A DNA stretch of 64,000 bases, from NCBI GenBank assembly GCA_051530055.1, contig CM121341.1, forward strand, positions 7,604,784-7,668,783, in the 5' to 3' direction. Of this stretch, positions 34,723 to 46,652 are shown piece by piece. Numbering within the stretch: the stretch's first letter is position 1; each line of letters begins with the position of its first letter. The notes beneath the pieces are model-generated. The model did no database searches. It was given only the letters and a program-made list of their open reading frames with translations, and had not been told where the DNA came from. Made by a program: the position numbers and the translations under genes. This stretch comes from Neoechinorhynchus agilis (Eukaryota; Animalia; Acanthocephala).

Positions 34723-35139
34723 ATGGGTTTTACTTTACTACTTCTGGTTGCTGCGATCGTTATTGAATTGCCATCGAGCCAATATGATTCGATTGGGACC
34801 GTTAATGGGACGATTACAGCCAATAATCACTTTCCAAAAGGCGCGATTGTCAAGGTTCGTTTGGATCAAATCAGCCAACGGGGCAATAATGTTAAACCAC
34901 TGGCAAGAGAACTCATCTTTTATCCACCGAGATTTCCTGTCAAATTCAACTTAAGATACGACCGAGAGATGATCGACTTTAAAAATGTTTATGCTATAAA
35001 TGTAAGAGTTGAAGACCCGCGAAGGAATAATAGGCTTCTTTTTCTTAATTATGTTCAAGTTCCAGTTTCTGTCTCGGGAACTTTTGACAAGGATATTGAA
35101 GTGCCTCTTGTAAAAGTGAGATTTCCAACAACATTCTGA
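34723..35139 (+). CDS. Secreted YbaY/YscW-family domain protein (bacterial-type fold)
   Basis: VNGTI...P.GAIVKVRL..IS...K.LA...PPRFPVKFNLRYD...ID....YAINVRVE...LLF.N...PV..G...EV.LVKV matches the YbaY lipoprotein pattern by eye. Eukaryote-type signal peptide, no lipobox Cys, intronless. Confidence 0.75.
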   Translation: MGFTLLLLVAAIVIELPSSQYDSIGTVNGTITANNHFPKGAIVKVRLDQISQRGNNVKPLARELIFYPPRFPVKFNLRYDREMIDFKNVYAINVRVEDPRRNNRLLFLNYVQVPVSVSGTFDKDIEVPLVKVRFPTTF

Positions 35140-35437
35140 CTCGTGTAAGACTGAATGGCAGAAAAACATTTATTACTGTTTCATCTGATATTTTAGAGTG
35201 TACATTTAAAAAAAGAGCATTTAGAAACGTCGATTGGTCCAAAAATGCGAGCAGATTCATCCCAAGTCCTAAGATGGGTTTTTCGCAGCTTCCTGTAAAC
35301 TTTAATTAAAATGAGAAAAGCGCAAATGACACTCACAAAGACGTGCTTATCTTCTAATCTCTTCGTGACTGCGCAAATTTATGATAAGTCAGTCGATTTG
35401 ACGAGTTATTTTTCCACTGAAAACTCTAAACAACGCG

Positions 35438-35776
35438 ATGCAGAGTAATTCAATGATGGCGGCATTAATATTGATTCAATCGGTGCTTATTCCAATCGGA
35501 AGCCATCCAACTCCATCGCCATTACCTTCGGTCCCGGATTTCTTCGCTACAATGAGTGTTGAACAATTCATTGAAGAAATGAGTGTTGACATTAACCGCA
35601 ATGATCTAAATTCTGAAATCGCTGAGATGATCGTAAAATATTATCCCCAATTGGGAGAAACTCACATTTTAGGATGCCACGATCACAACGAAGCCTGCGC
35701 CGGTCTACAGCAAAAAAACTACTGCGCTAATAACTTTATAAAGACGTTTTGCCCAAAAATGTGCGATATTTGTTAG
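35438..35776 (+). CDS. ShK-toxin-domain prepropeptide (112 aa)
   Basis: Signal peptide, acidic pro-region, C-terminal CHDHNEACAGLQQKNYCANNFIKTFCPKMCDIC = C-x6-C-x8-C-x8-C-x3-C-x2-C. Confidence 0.85.
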   Translation: MQSNSMMAALILIQSVLIPIGSHPTPSPLPSVPDFFATMSVEQFIEEMSVDINRNDLNSEIAEMIVKYYPQLGETHILGCHDHNEACAGLQQKNYCANNFIKTFCPKMCDIC

Positions 35777-36599
35777 ATTTCTATTTGGTTTCTGAAAAAC
35801 TGGTCCTTGCTTGTGAGATCAAAGATCTGATGATTCAATCCAAAAAAAAGAGTATTTTAAAGAATCCAGAAACGAATATTCAATCTAAAATCCGACTTTT
35901 TGCGCACATCGATGAATAGATTTTCGAATTGAAAGTTCACTAAAGACATTTAGAAATAAACAAGGCGTTCAATTCAGCTTTCCTTATCAGAAAAATCTGA
36001 TAAAATGAAAAAAGCAAAAGGTTAACGAGAAAATAAATCCATAATTCGTCGCATCGTTTCATTGAGAACGAAGCCCATCAGATACGAATCGATTTCCATC
36101 AATTGAACAGAAAATCAATCGAATTTCCCTCAAAGATGTTTTAAACGTTTTTAGAGCTTATTTTCGTGTTTCGAGACATCTCCTCATTGACGCCAACACC
36201 GAAACGGTTTTGTTGGAGCAAGCGAAATAGAGACAAAATAATTGAGGAGCTCTGAAACGGTAGATCCTTCTCGGTTCAAAAAGCGGATGATGATGCGATT
36301 TTACGATTGTTGTGAAGAAAGGCAATTCGATTTACGACTTTAAATTATGCCTTAAACGTCTGACGTTTTATTGACGAGGAGGGACCCCGTTTGGAATTTG
36401 TGGAGGGCCGGGCTTTGTCGTTGTCAATTACGGATACAAATCGATCGCAGCCGTAATAAACTGATAGGAAATCGCATTTGCAATCGATTTTTGGCTCATG
36501 GAGATTTTATTGAATTCGAGATTCTTTTAAGATCCTTACGAGAAGAGTCGTGCGATTCGTATAAAACCTTTAAAATTTGATCAATTGATTTTAAAAATA

Positions 36600-36775
36600 A
36601 TCGAAAGGCCGCTCAACCCTTCAACCATAATTTTTATCCCATTTTCACATGAGCACAACACTCGTAATCCCAATTCATCTTCCCTCCACTCTTTTTTTCC
36701 CGTACTTCCCAATCTTCTTGGATATCATAAACCGAAATGAACCAGAGGAGAGACTGAACCTCACAAACTCTATCG
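36600..36775 (+). repeat. Dispersed repeat copy (LINE-derived fragment)
   Basis: Near-identical to about 34130-34265 (acaacactcgtaatcccaattcatcttccctccactc...gactgaacctcacaaactct). Confidence 0.85.
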
Positions 36776-36855
36776 CACCCCCCCCGACCTTTGTTCATTA
36801 TTAAAACGTTTTATTATATTCCAACTATCAAACCGGAAAAATTTATTATTGCGTT

Positions 36856-37185
36856 TTAGTGAAACAATCTTTGAAAAATAAACAAAATTGTTGCAGTTGT
36901 CAAAAGTCCTCTAAGAATTTTAAACAAATGATCAGCAATATAACAGTCCGTGAACTCTGTGCCGTATTCGTACATGGAATCATCGCGTTTTCTAAAGTCT
37001 TTTATTCGTTTGCCATAATCTTTTCTCGAATCATCGGAGTTGCAACTTTTGTCATCATTTCTCTCCAGGCAATCGAGCAAGTCGTCGATGTTAGATTCGC
37101 TCTCTTCGAACTCATCTTTGCTAACAAAAGCATTTTCATTAATACCCGCACTTTCCTCCACTTGTCTACTGTGGCATCCGCCCAT
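36856..37185 (-). CDS. Orphan 109-aa acidic protein with MGGC N-terminus and hydrophobic C-terminal tail
   Basis: Single ORF; MGGC fits a myristoylation/palmitoylation pattern; ends ILRGLLTTATILFIFQRLFH; ttttag acceptor 5 nt upstream of the ATG. Confidence 0.4.
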   Translation of the reverse strand: MGGCHSRQVEESAGINENAFVSKDEFEESESNIDDLLDCLERNDDKSCNSDDSRKDYGKRIKDFRKRDDSMYEYGTEFTDCYIADHLFKILRGLLTTATILFIFQRLFH

Positions 37186-37781
37186 TTTCTCTAAAAATCC
37201 ACTTATTGAATACTCTTCAAATCTGTAGCCTAGATACGAGTTGCACATTTAAACGGCTCGTTTTTATTAATGGAACTTTAAGCGCTACCATTTAATTTCT
37301 TTGGCAAAAATGAACAAAATCGGCAGTGTAGAACTCGCAAAATTTTCGAAATAGTAAAAAGAACAAAAGCTGACTTTTTAGATTGAAATATTTCGCGAGA
37401 ACGTCAAGCCTTTATAAGTCAATCTAATAAAATACGTTTTATCCGGGGGATAATCCCGAAGGATTTTCTCTCGGTGATTAAAAGACTCACAGAAAATTGA
37501 ACTTTGATAGCTCGTGCGTTAGAAAAGGATTACACTCTTGGGCATATTTTTGAACGGGAATTTGAATGGTCTCAGTAATGTTCGCTTTGTAAAATGAAGT
37601 TCTCGAATCGCAATAAACTAAAAGAAGTTGATTTTTCTATTAGTTGAATTGAGATAAAACTTCTGGAAAGCTGTTATTCTTTTTCAAAATTAACCAAAAC
37701 AACTCAACTAAACATTGAACGTTCGTCTTAAGAATGCTTTCTTAGAGATTATTCTTTTTATTGTACGATCATTGTGAATTT

Positions 37782-40700
37782 TTAAGGTCTAGCGAGTTTC
37801 TCATCATTCTCTGAATCGAAATCTGCTTCACAGGAGTAATAAGAGTCCGTCAAAAATGCGACGAATGTATTGATGCTTTCTCCGGTAACATCCTCATTTT
37901 CCGACATGCACTCAAAATGATCATTCAAACCGCCGTTGTCTTCAGTGCTCAGTGAACTCCGTTCAATCGCAGTGTCCAACGCTGTCCAGCATCGGACATT
38001 AACCGTTGTTCGTTCGGTTGTAGTAATCACCTGACTTTTATTGGTACTTTGACGGTCGCCTTCCGGTGCCACCAAACCTATCGCACGGCCAATCTCCTTG
38101 AATCGATGCTTAAATGCGAGGCGAGAAGCTTCCACTGCCTGAAAGACAGTTTCAATCAATCGTGGCTGCTTGTTCGATCGCTGGAGCATTTCAGGCATCG
38201 CAAGGCTTTGATGCAACCAATTAGTGAAACGGCCATCTGAGCCCCGACCTTCAATTGGTCTATAAAGACTACGTTGTTCATTTGCTCTTTTTTGAGCGTC
38301 CATCTTGGTTGTCTTATCAACTTTACGTTTTAAAAGTCTTAACGCATCAGGAAAACTATCCATGACTTCCTTAAAATCCGATTTGCTCAATGCAAATAAT
38401 CGAGAATAGCCTCGGGATTTGACGTCCGCAGTACGACGGCCACCCGCTGTTAAAAGACTTTTTAATTAAAAACATTAATGCGAAATATTCTTTGATGATG
38501 AAAAACAACCTGATTTCACCAAAGACGTTTCCGGCTTTTAGGGTGACGGCGATTTCATTATCGAGAACGTAAACGTCAAGGAATCCACTTGCGATAATGA
38601 ACATTTCACTGCCAACATCCCCCTAAAAATGGCCTTTTGAATAGGAAACGCACTTAACTCGTTGTTCGAATGCTGGAAAATTCAAAGAAAAAACATAATT
38701 TTTGCAGCGAAACAGTGGTTCTTAGAACAATCTCGGCTTCTTTATTTTTGAAGACGAATTGGTTTTCTTATCGCAAAAAAATAATTTTTTTGTCTTTGTG
38801 AAATGAAACAAACCTTTTTGCAGATATAATCTCCGGGCAGAAATAATACATTTTTAAGTTTTAGTACCAAAGCATAAAGTAGCGCTCTCTCACAATTCTA
38901 AAAACAAAATGTTACCACACATTTTAGTTGGCGACAACAAACCTTAAATAGAAGAACTTTAGACAAAGTATCGAAATGAACACTGATTGCTAGTTCCGTT
39001 TTTAGAGTCGGTGGAAGTATGCAAAGAAAATCATTCTCGTCTACTTTTCAATTTTTATTTGACTAACTCGAGTGAACGTACCGAGCGTTCTCCTTTGTTC
39101 CCAATTATAGTCAAACCATTCGCGAATTCTTTTACGAGCACCAATATTTAGATCGAGATTCGTCGCACAGGACAAACATCGATCAACGACAAATCGATAT
39201 TTTGTTTCTAAAGAACTGAGTGCTTGAAATACATCACGGACCTTTTGAAAAAAACGGCATTGTCTCCTTTAAAACTTTTTTTGAACGCCCTTACCTGTCC
39301 CATCATTACAGCAAAAATGAACATGGCACTCACGTAACCAACAGTAAGGAAAATGTATTCGGATAATCGTGTTGGCTCGGGATTATCTCCAATACAAGTC
39401 ACCACTTTGAAGCAATAAAAGAAGCAATATCCATACCTACAATTTGATTAATCGATGACATTTATCGAAATAACTTACGTAGTGCCCTGATAAATCGCTG
39501 ACAGGTTTTTCCATTTACTAAAAACAACAAGTCGATCTTCGTATCTGATTGAAATTCGATAAAAAACACAAGCATAAATGTGATTGAGCATCAACATTAA
39601 CGTCAATGTCCGACTTAGTCTGTTTGGTCTTTAGCGAAAAGTGCAATGGGATTCTTACCTTATGACAATAGCGAGTTTCTGGGATATTGTGTCCCATTGT
39701 TCAAATAACAACAGGAGAGCACGAAATTTCAGGAGGCGATTGGTTCGCAAAAGAGAATAATGATCAATCCAAAAATAAAGAACATCGGATGGAACAAGAG
39801 ACAAAACGTCCAGTTTAAAATGCAATGACCGAATGTACTTCCACAACATCCGTTTTGGATCTCTCTGGGCATCGTCGGATTAAGATCTTTAGGGTAACAA
39901 ACTCACTTGCCATAATCCGTTTTCGAGATACTCTAATCTACTATTTACCATTATATCGATAAAGTTAATCACGTCTCCCAAATAATCAAGCGAAAACCAA
40001 TAAAATCTATTTGTTGTCGTGAATAATAGGAAGCGAGCCGATTGATTTCTCATGAGAAACTTTAAAAAATCCAAATTGTTAGCGCGAATTTCTCTTTTAA
40101 ACTGATTCATCTACGAAACTCGACAGGAAATTAAGATGTTTAATACAAAAAATTGGGACTAAGCTAATTTCTAAATGACTCAAAAATATGGAGAATGAAT
40201 TTTTCATGTTAAGATTGTGTACGCCGGTAAAATTGTAACATTTTGGAGAGCAACAAAAGACTAAAATTCCTCAACGGACAGAACCCAAAGGAAATAAGAT
40301 GAAAAAAATTAGATTGAATGTCTTCGTTGAACCAAGTAAAAATGCCAAGTCGAAATAAACGATTGAGCAAAGAAATTAGAAGTAATAATCGATGCGAATT
40401 GTCGAAAAATTTTTTTGAAAATTTACCATTTACAGAAAACAAAAGAGTGAGTCAAGCTGCGCAGATCACAATTCCAACACCATCGGCACGCATCCGAACC
40501 GGAAATGAGATTCTGAGCGGTATTGAGATAAAATTGTAAATGAACACCATGGTCACAATTGTCGTCCACGACAGTCGAAATGAACCTTTTAGATCCATGA
40601 ATGGAAACATTTACAAATTTGAGACAAAGTACCTGACAATTTAAGGTACAATGACCTTTGTTTCTCTGCGCTATAATATTCATCTTCGTTTCCCGAAAAA

Positions 40701-41247
40701 GTTGAGATGACAAGGAATTCATCGTCCGAATTGCTAGAATCGTCCGTTTTGCAATGCGAAGATTCCTTTTGGATTGATGGATGAGTTGTGGTCGGTGGGC
40801 TAGAAGTTATATGATAATTTTTCAGCACATCATCCTCATCAATGGACGATGAATAATCCATTAGAGCTTCATCGTCCGTAATTCTTGCGATTTCGTGGTA
40901 GACAAGCAAAGTCCTTTCTCTGAGCTTGTTTCGAAGTAGATGGAGCCGTGTACTTGCAGCTTCCGAGAGCAAAACCTTTGGTTCCTCCTTTGTCGAACGA
41001 CTAAAAACTCGTCCAGTGCTTTGATTAGAGAAAACTTTTTAAGATAATTGTACCTTTCTTTAAGTGTGCCCATTGCAGTTTTGTATTCGGATGAACTATC
41101 ATCGATCACTGATTGCTGACTGCCTTCATTTTTATCGATTATGATCGCAGGAGGAACATTTTCCTCAGAAATCGAAGCGAGTGGACAGCTGATGTCTGCA
41201 TGTGCACTCCAGAAATATTCGTTGGACGTGGAATAATCTGGTTCCAT
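37782..41247 (-). CDS. Cyclic-nucleotide-gated channel subunit, CNGB/TAX-2-like, multi-exon
   Basis: S4 LLRTNRLLKF, pore/S6 VTCIGDNPEPT..EYIF...AVMMGQ, C-linker ILPPTLKTELAISVH, CNBD LPGDYICKKGDVGSEMFII...VFGEISLL..GGRRTADV. Short GT-AG introns (35, 46 and 52 nt reconstructed). The 5' end is approximate. Confidence 0.88.
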
Positions 41248-41489
41248 ACGTTTTTTAATAACAAAAATGGGTACTTTTTTAAACTGGAGCCGTTAAGAAA
41301 CGACTTCTACTTCGTGATCTATCAGTTTTTCGCTCACGCATTCATTTAAGATTCGAGCTCGTTTATTAGTGTTTGGTTGCCGAGGTGCTGTCGTTAATGT
41401 CATTCCTTTAAAAGGCATTTAATAAACCTTTTCGATTAAATGCGTTTGAAGTCATTATGCCATTCAGTGTACGAGTTTTCTTGAGATTC

Positions 41490-43050
41490 CACAATATCAA
41501 GATTAAATGTTCCTCGGATTTCATAAGTACAATTTATTTAGTTTGATCATTTAAACATATTTGCATTGTGGTTAGGAAATCTCACTCAGGCAACCTAAAA
41601 AAGGTTTCTATTGTTTTTAGTGGCCCGGGCATCCGGGGAGATCGCTATATCAAGATTAAATGTTCCTCGGATTTCATAAGTACAATTTATTTAGTTTGAT
41701 CATTTAAACATATTTGCATTGTGGTTAGGAAATCTCACTCAGGCAACCTAAAAAAGGTTTCTATTGTTTTTAGTGGCCCGGGCATCCGGGGAGATCGCTA
41801 TTCCCGAGGTTCGGACGAGCTTAAGAAATGCTCTAAACGATTTAATCATCACGAAAAGAATCCATCAGGGTGAAAGGGTTAAAAGCCTCACTCAAGCCAC
41901 CTAAAAAAGGTTTCTATTGTTTTTAGTGGCCCGGGCATCCGGGGAGATCGCTATTCCCGAGGTTCGGACGAGCTTAAAAAATGCTCTAAACGATTTACCC
42001 ACCAAGAGAAAAGAATCCATCAGGGTGAAAGAGTTAAAAGCCTCACTCAGGCCACCTAAAAAAGGTTTCTATTGTTTTTTATGGCTCGGGTATCCGGATA
42101 GATCGCTATTCCCGAGGTTCGGACGAGCTTAAAAAATGCTCTAAACGATTTAATCATCAAGAACAAATAATTTGGGGTGATAGAGTTAAAAGCATCGTTC
42201 GAATCACCTAAAAAAGGTTTGTATTGTTTTGTATGGCTCGGGTATCCGGGGAGATCGCTATTCCCGAGGTTCGGACGAGCTTAAGAAATGCTCTAAACGA
42301 TTTAATCATCACGAAAAGAATCCATCAGGGTGAAAGGGTTAAAAGCCTCACTCAAGCCACCTAAAAAAGGTTTCTATTGTTTTTATGGCTCGGGTATCCG
42401 GGGAGATCGCTATTCCCGAGGTTCGGACGAGCTTAAGAAATGCTCTAAACGATTTACCCACCAAGAGAAAAGAATCCATCAGGGTGAAAGAGTTAAAAGC
42501 CTCACTCAGGCCACCTAAAAAAGGTTTCTATTGTTTTTATGGCTCGGGTATCCGGAAGATCGCTATTCCCGAGGTTCGGACGAGCTTAAAAAATGCTCTA
42601 AACGATTTAATCATCAAGAACAAATAATTTGGGGTGATAGAGTTAAAAGCATCGTTCGAATCACCTAAAAAAGGTTTCTATTGTTTTGTATGGCTCGGGT
42701 ATCCGGGAGATCGCTATTCCCGAGGTTCGGACGAGCTTAAGAAATGCTCTAAACGATTTACCCACCAAGAGAAAAGAATCCATCAGGGTAAAAGAGTTAA
42801 ATGCCTCACTCAGGCAACCTAAAAAAGGTTTCTATTGTTTTGTATGGATCGGGTATCCGGATAGATCGCTATTCCCGAGGTTCGGACGAGCTTAAGAAAT
42901 GCTCTAAACGATTTAATCATCAAGAACAAATCCTTTGGGGTGATAGAGTTGAAAGCCTCGTTCGAGCCATCTAAAAAAGGTTTCTATTGGTTTGTATGGC
43001 TCGAGTATCCGGGGAGATCGATATTCCCGAGGTTCGGACGAGCGGACCCT
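41490..43050. repeat. Satellite, ~153-bp unit, with A-B-C higher-order variants
   Basis: Core cccgaggttcggacgagc at about 41803, 41956, 42111, 42264, 42415, 42568, 42719, 42873, 43026; variable halves in order A,B,C,A,B,C,B,C'. Confidence 0.95.
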
Positions 43051-43664
43051 CCGAACCGAACGCTTAAAACATATTTTATTGAGATATTTCAAACAAGGAA
43101 GCTTCACAGATTAATTGAAAATGAATGATGATGCAAGGCTTCCTCTTTTGAAACATTTTTATATGTTTTATCCGTTCGGGAGATTATGATCAACACACAA
43201 CTTCCAAAGAAACTAACAATCGAGAGAAAATCCATCGGAATGATAGAATTAAAAAGATGTGACGGATAAGAAGTATTTTATTGAAATATTTCAAAAGAAG
43301 AAGTCTTGAGGAGAGAAGCGATTGAGAGAGCGTTGAGCCAAGAACCCGATTCTCTTGTATAGATAAAAAGATTTTGGTTCTTTTGTACAGAATTTCTCAG
43401 GTATCCTCCCGAGGTTTAGGATTCTTAAAATTCAATAAAATACATTTTATCGTGGCGTTGGGGATTATAATGACAAAAAATTCAGACTTAAGAACCCCGA
43501 AGGATTTTCTCTCAATGATTTAAGCATCCTATCGGGTTTTAATTCGATTCAAGCGTTTGGATTAAGACTAGGAATCGATCTTCAACTAGAAAGCCACTTA
43601 ATGAACTATTGATAAAAAGCTTTGCACTAGACGTACAGAAAAAAATCTCTATAATAAGCGCTCA

Positions 43665-44723
43665 TTACCCGTTCAAAATCTCAGCTTCAACAAAACCTTC
43701 TTCTTCACATCGATTGGCGACTTCAATTTCAGCTGATTGGTCGTAAGTGATTTTCTGTGCGATTCCAATTGATTTTATACCATCAAAAGCAAAGAAATTA
43801 TTGATAGGTTGCTGTGTGAGTGTAGCAACTTTGAGTATTTCTTGAGTAGCAATACCTCCAAGAATGCTTCCGATCACACAATCGATCATTAGACCCCGAT
43901 CGGAAGTGACGTAAGAAACTCCATATATTCGAGAAGCTTCATGGCACAGTTTTTGACGGAAAATCGTATGTTGTTCGTTTTTGGAATGCCACGAAAATCC
44001 ACAAAGACTACATTTGTCCAACTCATTGATTAAATACAAGAACCAAGGAAATAAAGGAGAGAGTCCTTCAATCGGTCTCTTTGGATTTGGATAGTATTGT
44101 TCATTAATACTAGCGAGTGAATCAAATTTGATTTTGGCACTAGTGAAATTGTTTGGATTGAAATTAGCGGACACTCTGTGGTTGATATTGCTCTTCAATT
44201 CAATAATAGGGTTTTCTCGAGAAAACTCATAGCAATCTCCAAGATCTTGAAAAAGTAAACCGGCGTATCCGCAAGTGAAACAAATCACAAGAGGAACTTT
44301 AAACTCACGACATAGTTTGTTCAATTGAAACAAATCGGATTTTCCGTTTAAAAGAGACGTACAACAAACGACATTGCTTTCTTTGACGAGATTATCGAGG
44401 TTTTCGAACTTAGTTTCATGTCGAACTTCAACTAAAGGGTTCAAAGTTCTTAGATAGGAAGCCAATGCAATCGATGAGTTCGATTTCTCGTGTTTCTTAC
44501 AAAAACAGAAAATCCTTTGAATATCTTGTTCATTTATTAATGTATCGTCCAAAAGTGTAAGAGTCTTAATTCCAGCCAATACGAGATTCTTAGATATCTC
44601 AACCGATAATGCGTTCACGCCAATAATCAATACGTTTGTTGACTTTATCCGCTTTTGAGCATCAAAACCCCATATCCGAATCTGTCGATCGTACAATTGA
44701 GCTTCTTCTTTACTCAGAAGCAT
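43665..44723 (-). CDS. SAE1: SUMO-activating enzyme subunit 1 (AOS1), intronless
   Basis: LSKEEAQLYDRQIRIWGFDAQKR, EISKNLVLAGIKTLTLLD, LNPLVEV, ILGGIATQEILK, NNFFAFDG. An alternative ATG lies at 44741. Confidence 0.92.
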   Translation of the reverse strand: MLLSKEEAQLYDRQIRIWGFDAQKRIKSTNVLIIGVNALSVEISKNLVLAGIKTLTLLDDTLINEQDIQRIFCFCKKHEKSNSSIALASYLRTLNPLVEVRHETKFENLDNLVKESNVVCCTSLLNGKSDLFQLNKLCREFKVPLVICFTCGYAGLLFQDLGDCYEFSRENPIIELKSNINHRVSANFNPNNFTSAKIKFDSLASINEQYYPNPKRPIEGLSPLFPWFLYLINELDKCSLCGFSWHSKNEQHTIFRQKLCHEASRIYGVSYVTSDRGLMIDCVIGSILGGIATQEILKVATLTQQPINNFFAFDGIKSIGIAQKITYDQSAEIEVANRCEEEGFVEAEILNG

Positions 44724-45464
44724 CGAAGCGTATCGAATCATCCACACAAATCCTTTTCTTCAAAGAATCATTAGGATTCTTCCAGATATAAGAAGAAAAA
44801 TATTCAATAGAGGACAATTTTAGGGTAAACAATGAAGCTCGTGAATAGTTTAACATTATTTACGAATTCTCAATGGCGAATTGTTACACACTCGAACTTT
44901 ATTATTGAACTCTTCATTGCGAATTTTCAAGGCCTTAGAGCCTCCTTCTCAAGCATTGTTTTCGGAGGAAAAAACTTGTAAACAATGCTTTGAAAATTCG
45001 CAATGAAACGTCGTAAACACTTGCAAACAAAGTCCCCCCCCGAAGAAGCCGTTAAACGGTGAAAGCTTAGGTAAAAAAACAATAAATCGGTCCTCGTTGT
45101 TTGTCAAGGGAAAACTGAATATAATAATAAAACTCGAGTGTGTTACAGTTCGCCATTGAGAATTATTTACGAAATAAACATTTCGGAAGTTTAAACCAAC
45201 TTTTGTTTTTGTCTTGAATTTTGTTTTGCTATCCCGTCCCGGATTTAAGTTCATTAAATCAGCAATAAATCATCGGGGAACTTAAATCTGAAGCGCGAAC
45301 GGCAAAACAATAGTATCTTTTCCACCGTCAAAATTCAACTTTTGTTTTGAATTTTGTTTTGCCATCCCTTCAAAAATAATAATCCAAGAAACTTTCTTTT
45401 TGTCGTGAATTTTAGTGACTTTATCCATGCAAAATTAAAACGCTATTTAAAAGACTTTTGTCTC

Positions 45465-46450
45465 TTTTGAACCTTTTAAGTTTTTATATATTTTTCGTCG
45501 TTCAATAAAATTATTTTACTCTGTCCGCCAAACAAAAGAATCCGATAATCGTGTGAGATTTCCCTTTTGAACCCCAAATTTTTTTATATATTTTTCGTCG
45601 TTCAATAAATTTTTTACTCTGTCGGCCAAACAAAAGAATGCGATAATCGTGTGAGATTTCCCTTTTGAACCCCAAATTTTTTTATATATTTTTCGTCGTT
45701 CAATAAAATTTTTTTACTCTGTCCGCCAAACAAAAGAATCCGATAATCGTGTGAGATTTCCATTTTGAACCCCAAATTTTTTTGCATATTTTTCGTCGTT
45801 CAATAAAATTATTTTACTCTGTCGGCCAAACAAAAGAATGCGATAATCGTGTGAGATTTCCCTTTTGAACCCCAAATTTTTTTATATATTTTTCGTCGTT
45901 CAATAAAATTATTTTACTCTGTCCGCCAAACAAAAGAATGCGATAATCGTGTGAGATTTCCTTTTTGAACGCCAATAATTTTTTTGCATATTTTTCGTCG
46001 TTCAATAAAATTATTTTACTCTGTCGGTCAAACAAAAGAATCCGATAATCGTGTGAGATTTCCCTTTTGAACCCCAAATTTTTTTATATATTTTTCGTCG
46101 TTCAATAAATTTTTTTTACTCTGTCCGCCAAACAAAAGAATCCGATAATCGTGTGAGATTTCCATTTTGAACCCCAAATTTTTTTATATATTTTTCGTCG
46201 TTCAATAAAATTATTTTACTCTGTCCGCCAAACAAAAGAATGCGATAATCGTGTGAGATTTCCTTTTTGAACGCCAATAATTTTTTTGCATATTTTTCGT
46301 CGTTCAATAAAATTATTTTACTCTGTCGGTCAAACAAAAGAATGCGATAATCGTGTGAGATTTCCCTTTTGAACCCCAATAATTTTTTTGCATATTTTTC
46401 TTCGTTCAATAAAATTTTTTACTCTGTCGGCCAAACAAAAGAATGCGATA
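45465..46450. repeat. Satellite, ~100-bp unit, about 10 copies
   Basis: cgtcgttcaataaaa...caaacaaaagaat(c/g)cgataatcgtgtgagatttcc repeated from 45496 to 46400; lies between the divergent SAE1 and EIF3F genes. Confidence 0.95.
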
Positions 46451-46652
46451 ATCACGACGTGAGTTTTTCATTTTGAACCAGTTTTACATATTTTTGTTGA
46501 ATTCAGTTTTAACCTCCGTGTCCATTGTGTTGGTTTCGTGATATCCCGCAAAAAAGCGCCCGTTGAATTTCAAATCCGTCTTTTGGTTCAGACTTCATAA
46601 AAACTGAGCATTCATTAAAATTCTTTGGCGAGAGCGGATTTTAGAGTCGACT

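Noticed and set aside
38713-38724. CAGTGGTTCTTA, a hAT-TIR-like word inside a CNG-channel intron
   Set aside because: No partner inverted repeat or TSD found; may be chance or a solo remnant.
41490-43050. Constant core with variable intervening sequence, superficially CRISPR-like (also 18340-20040)
   Set aside because: The 'spacers' are a few recurring related variants rather than unique sequences, the context is eukaryotic, and there are no cas genes.
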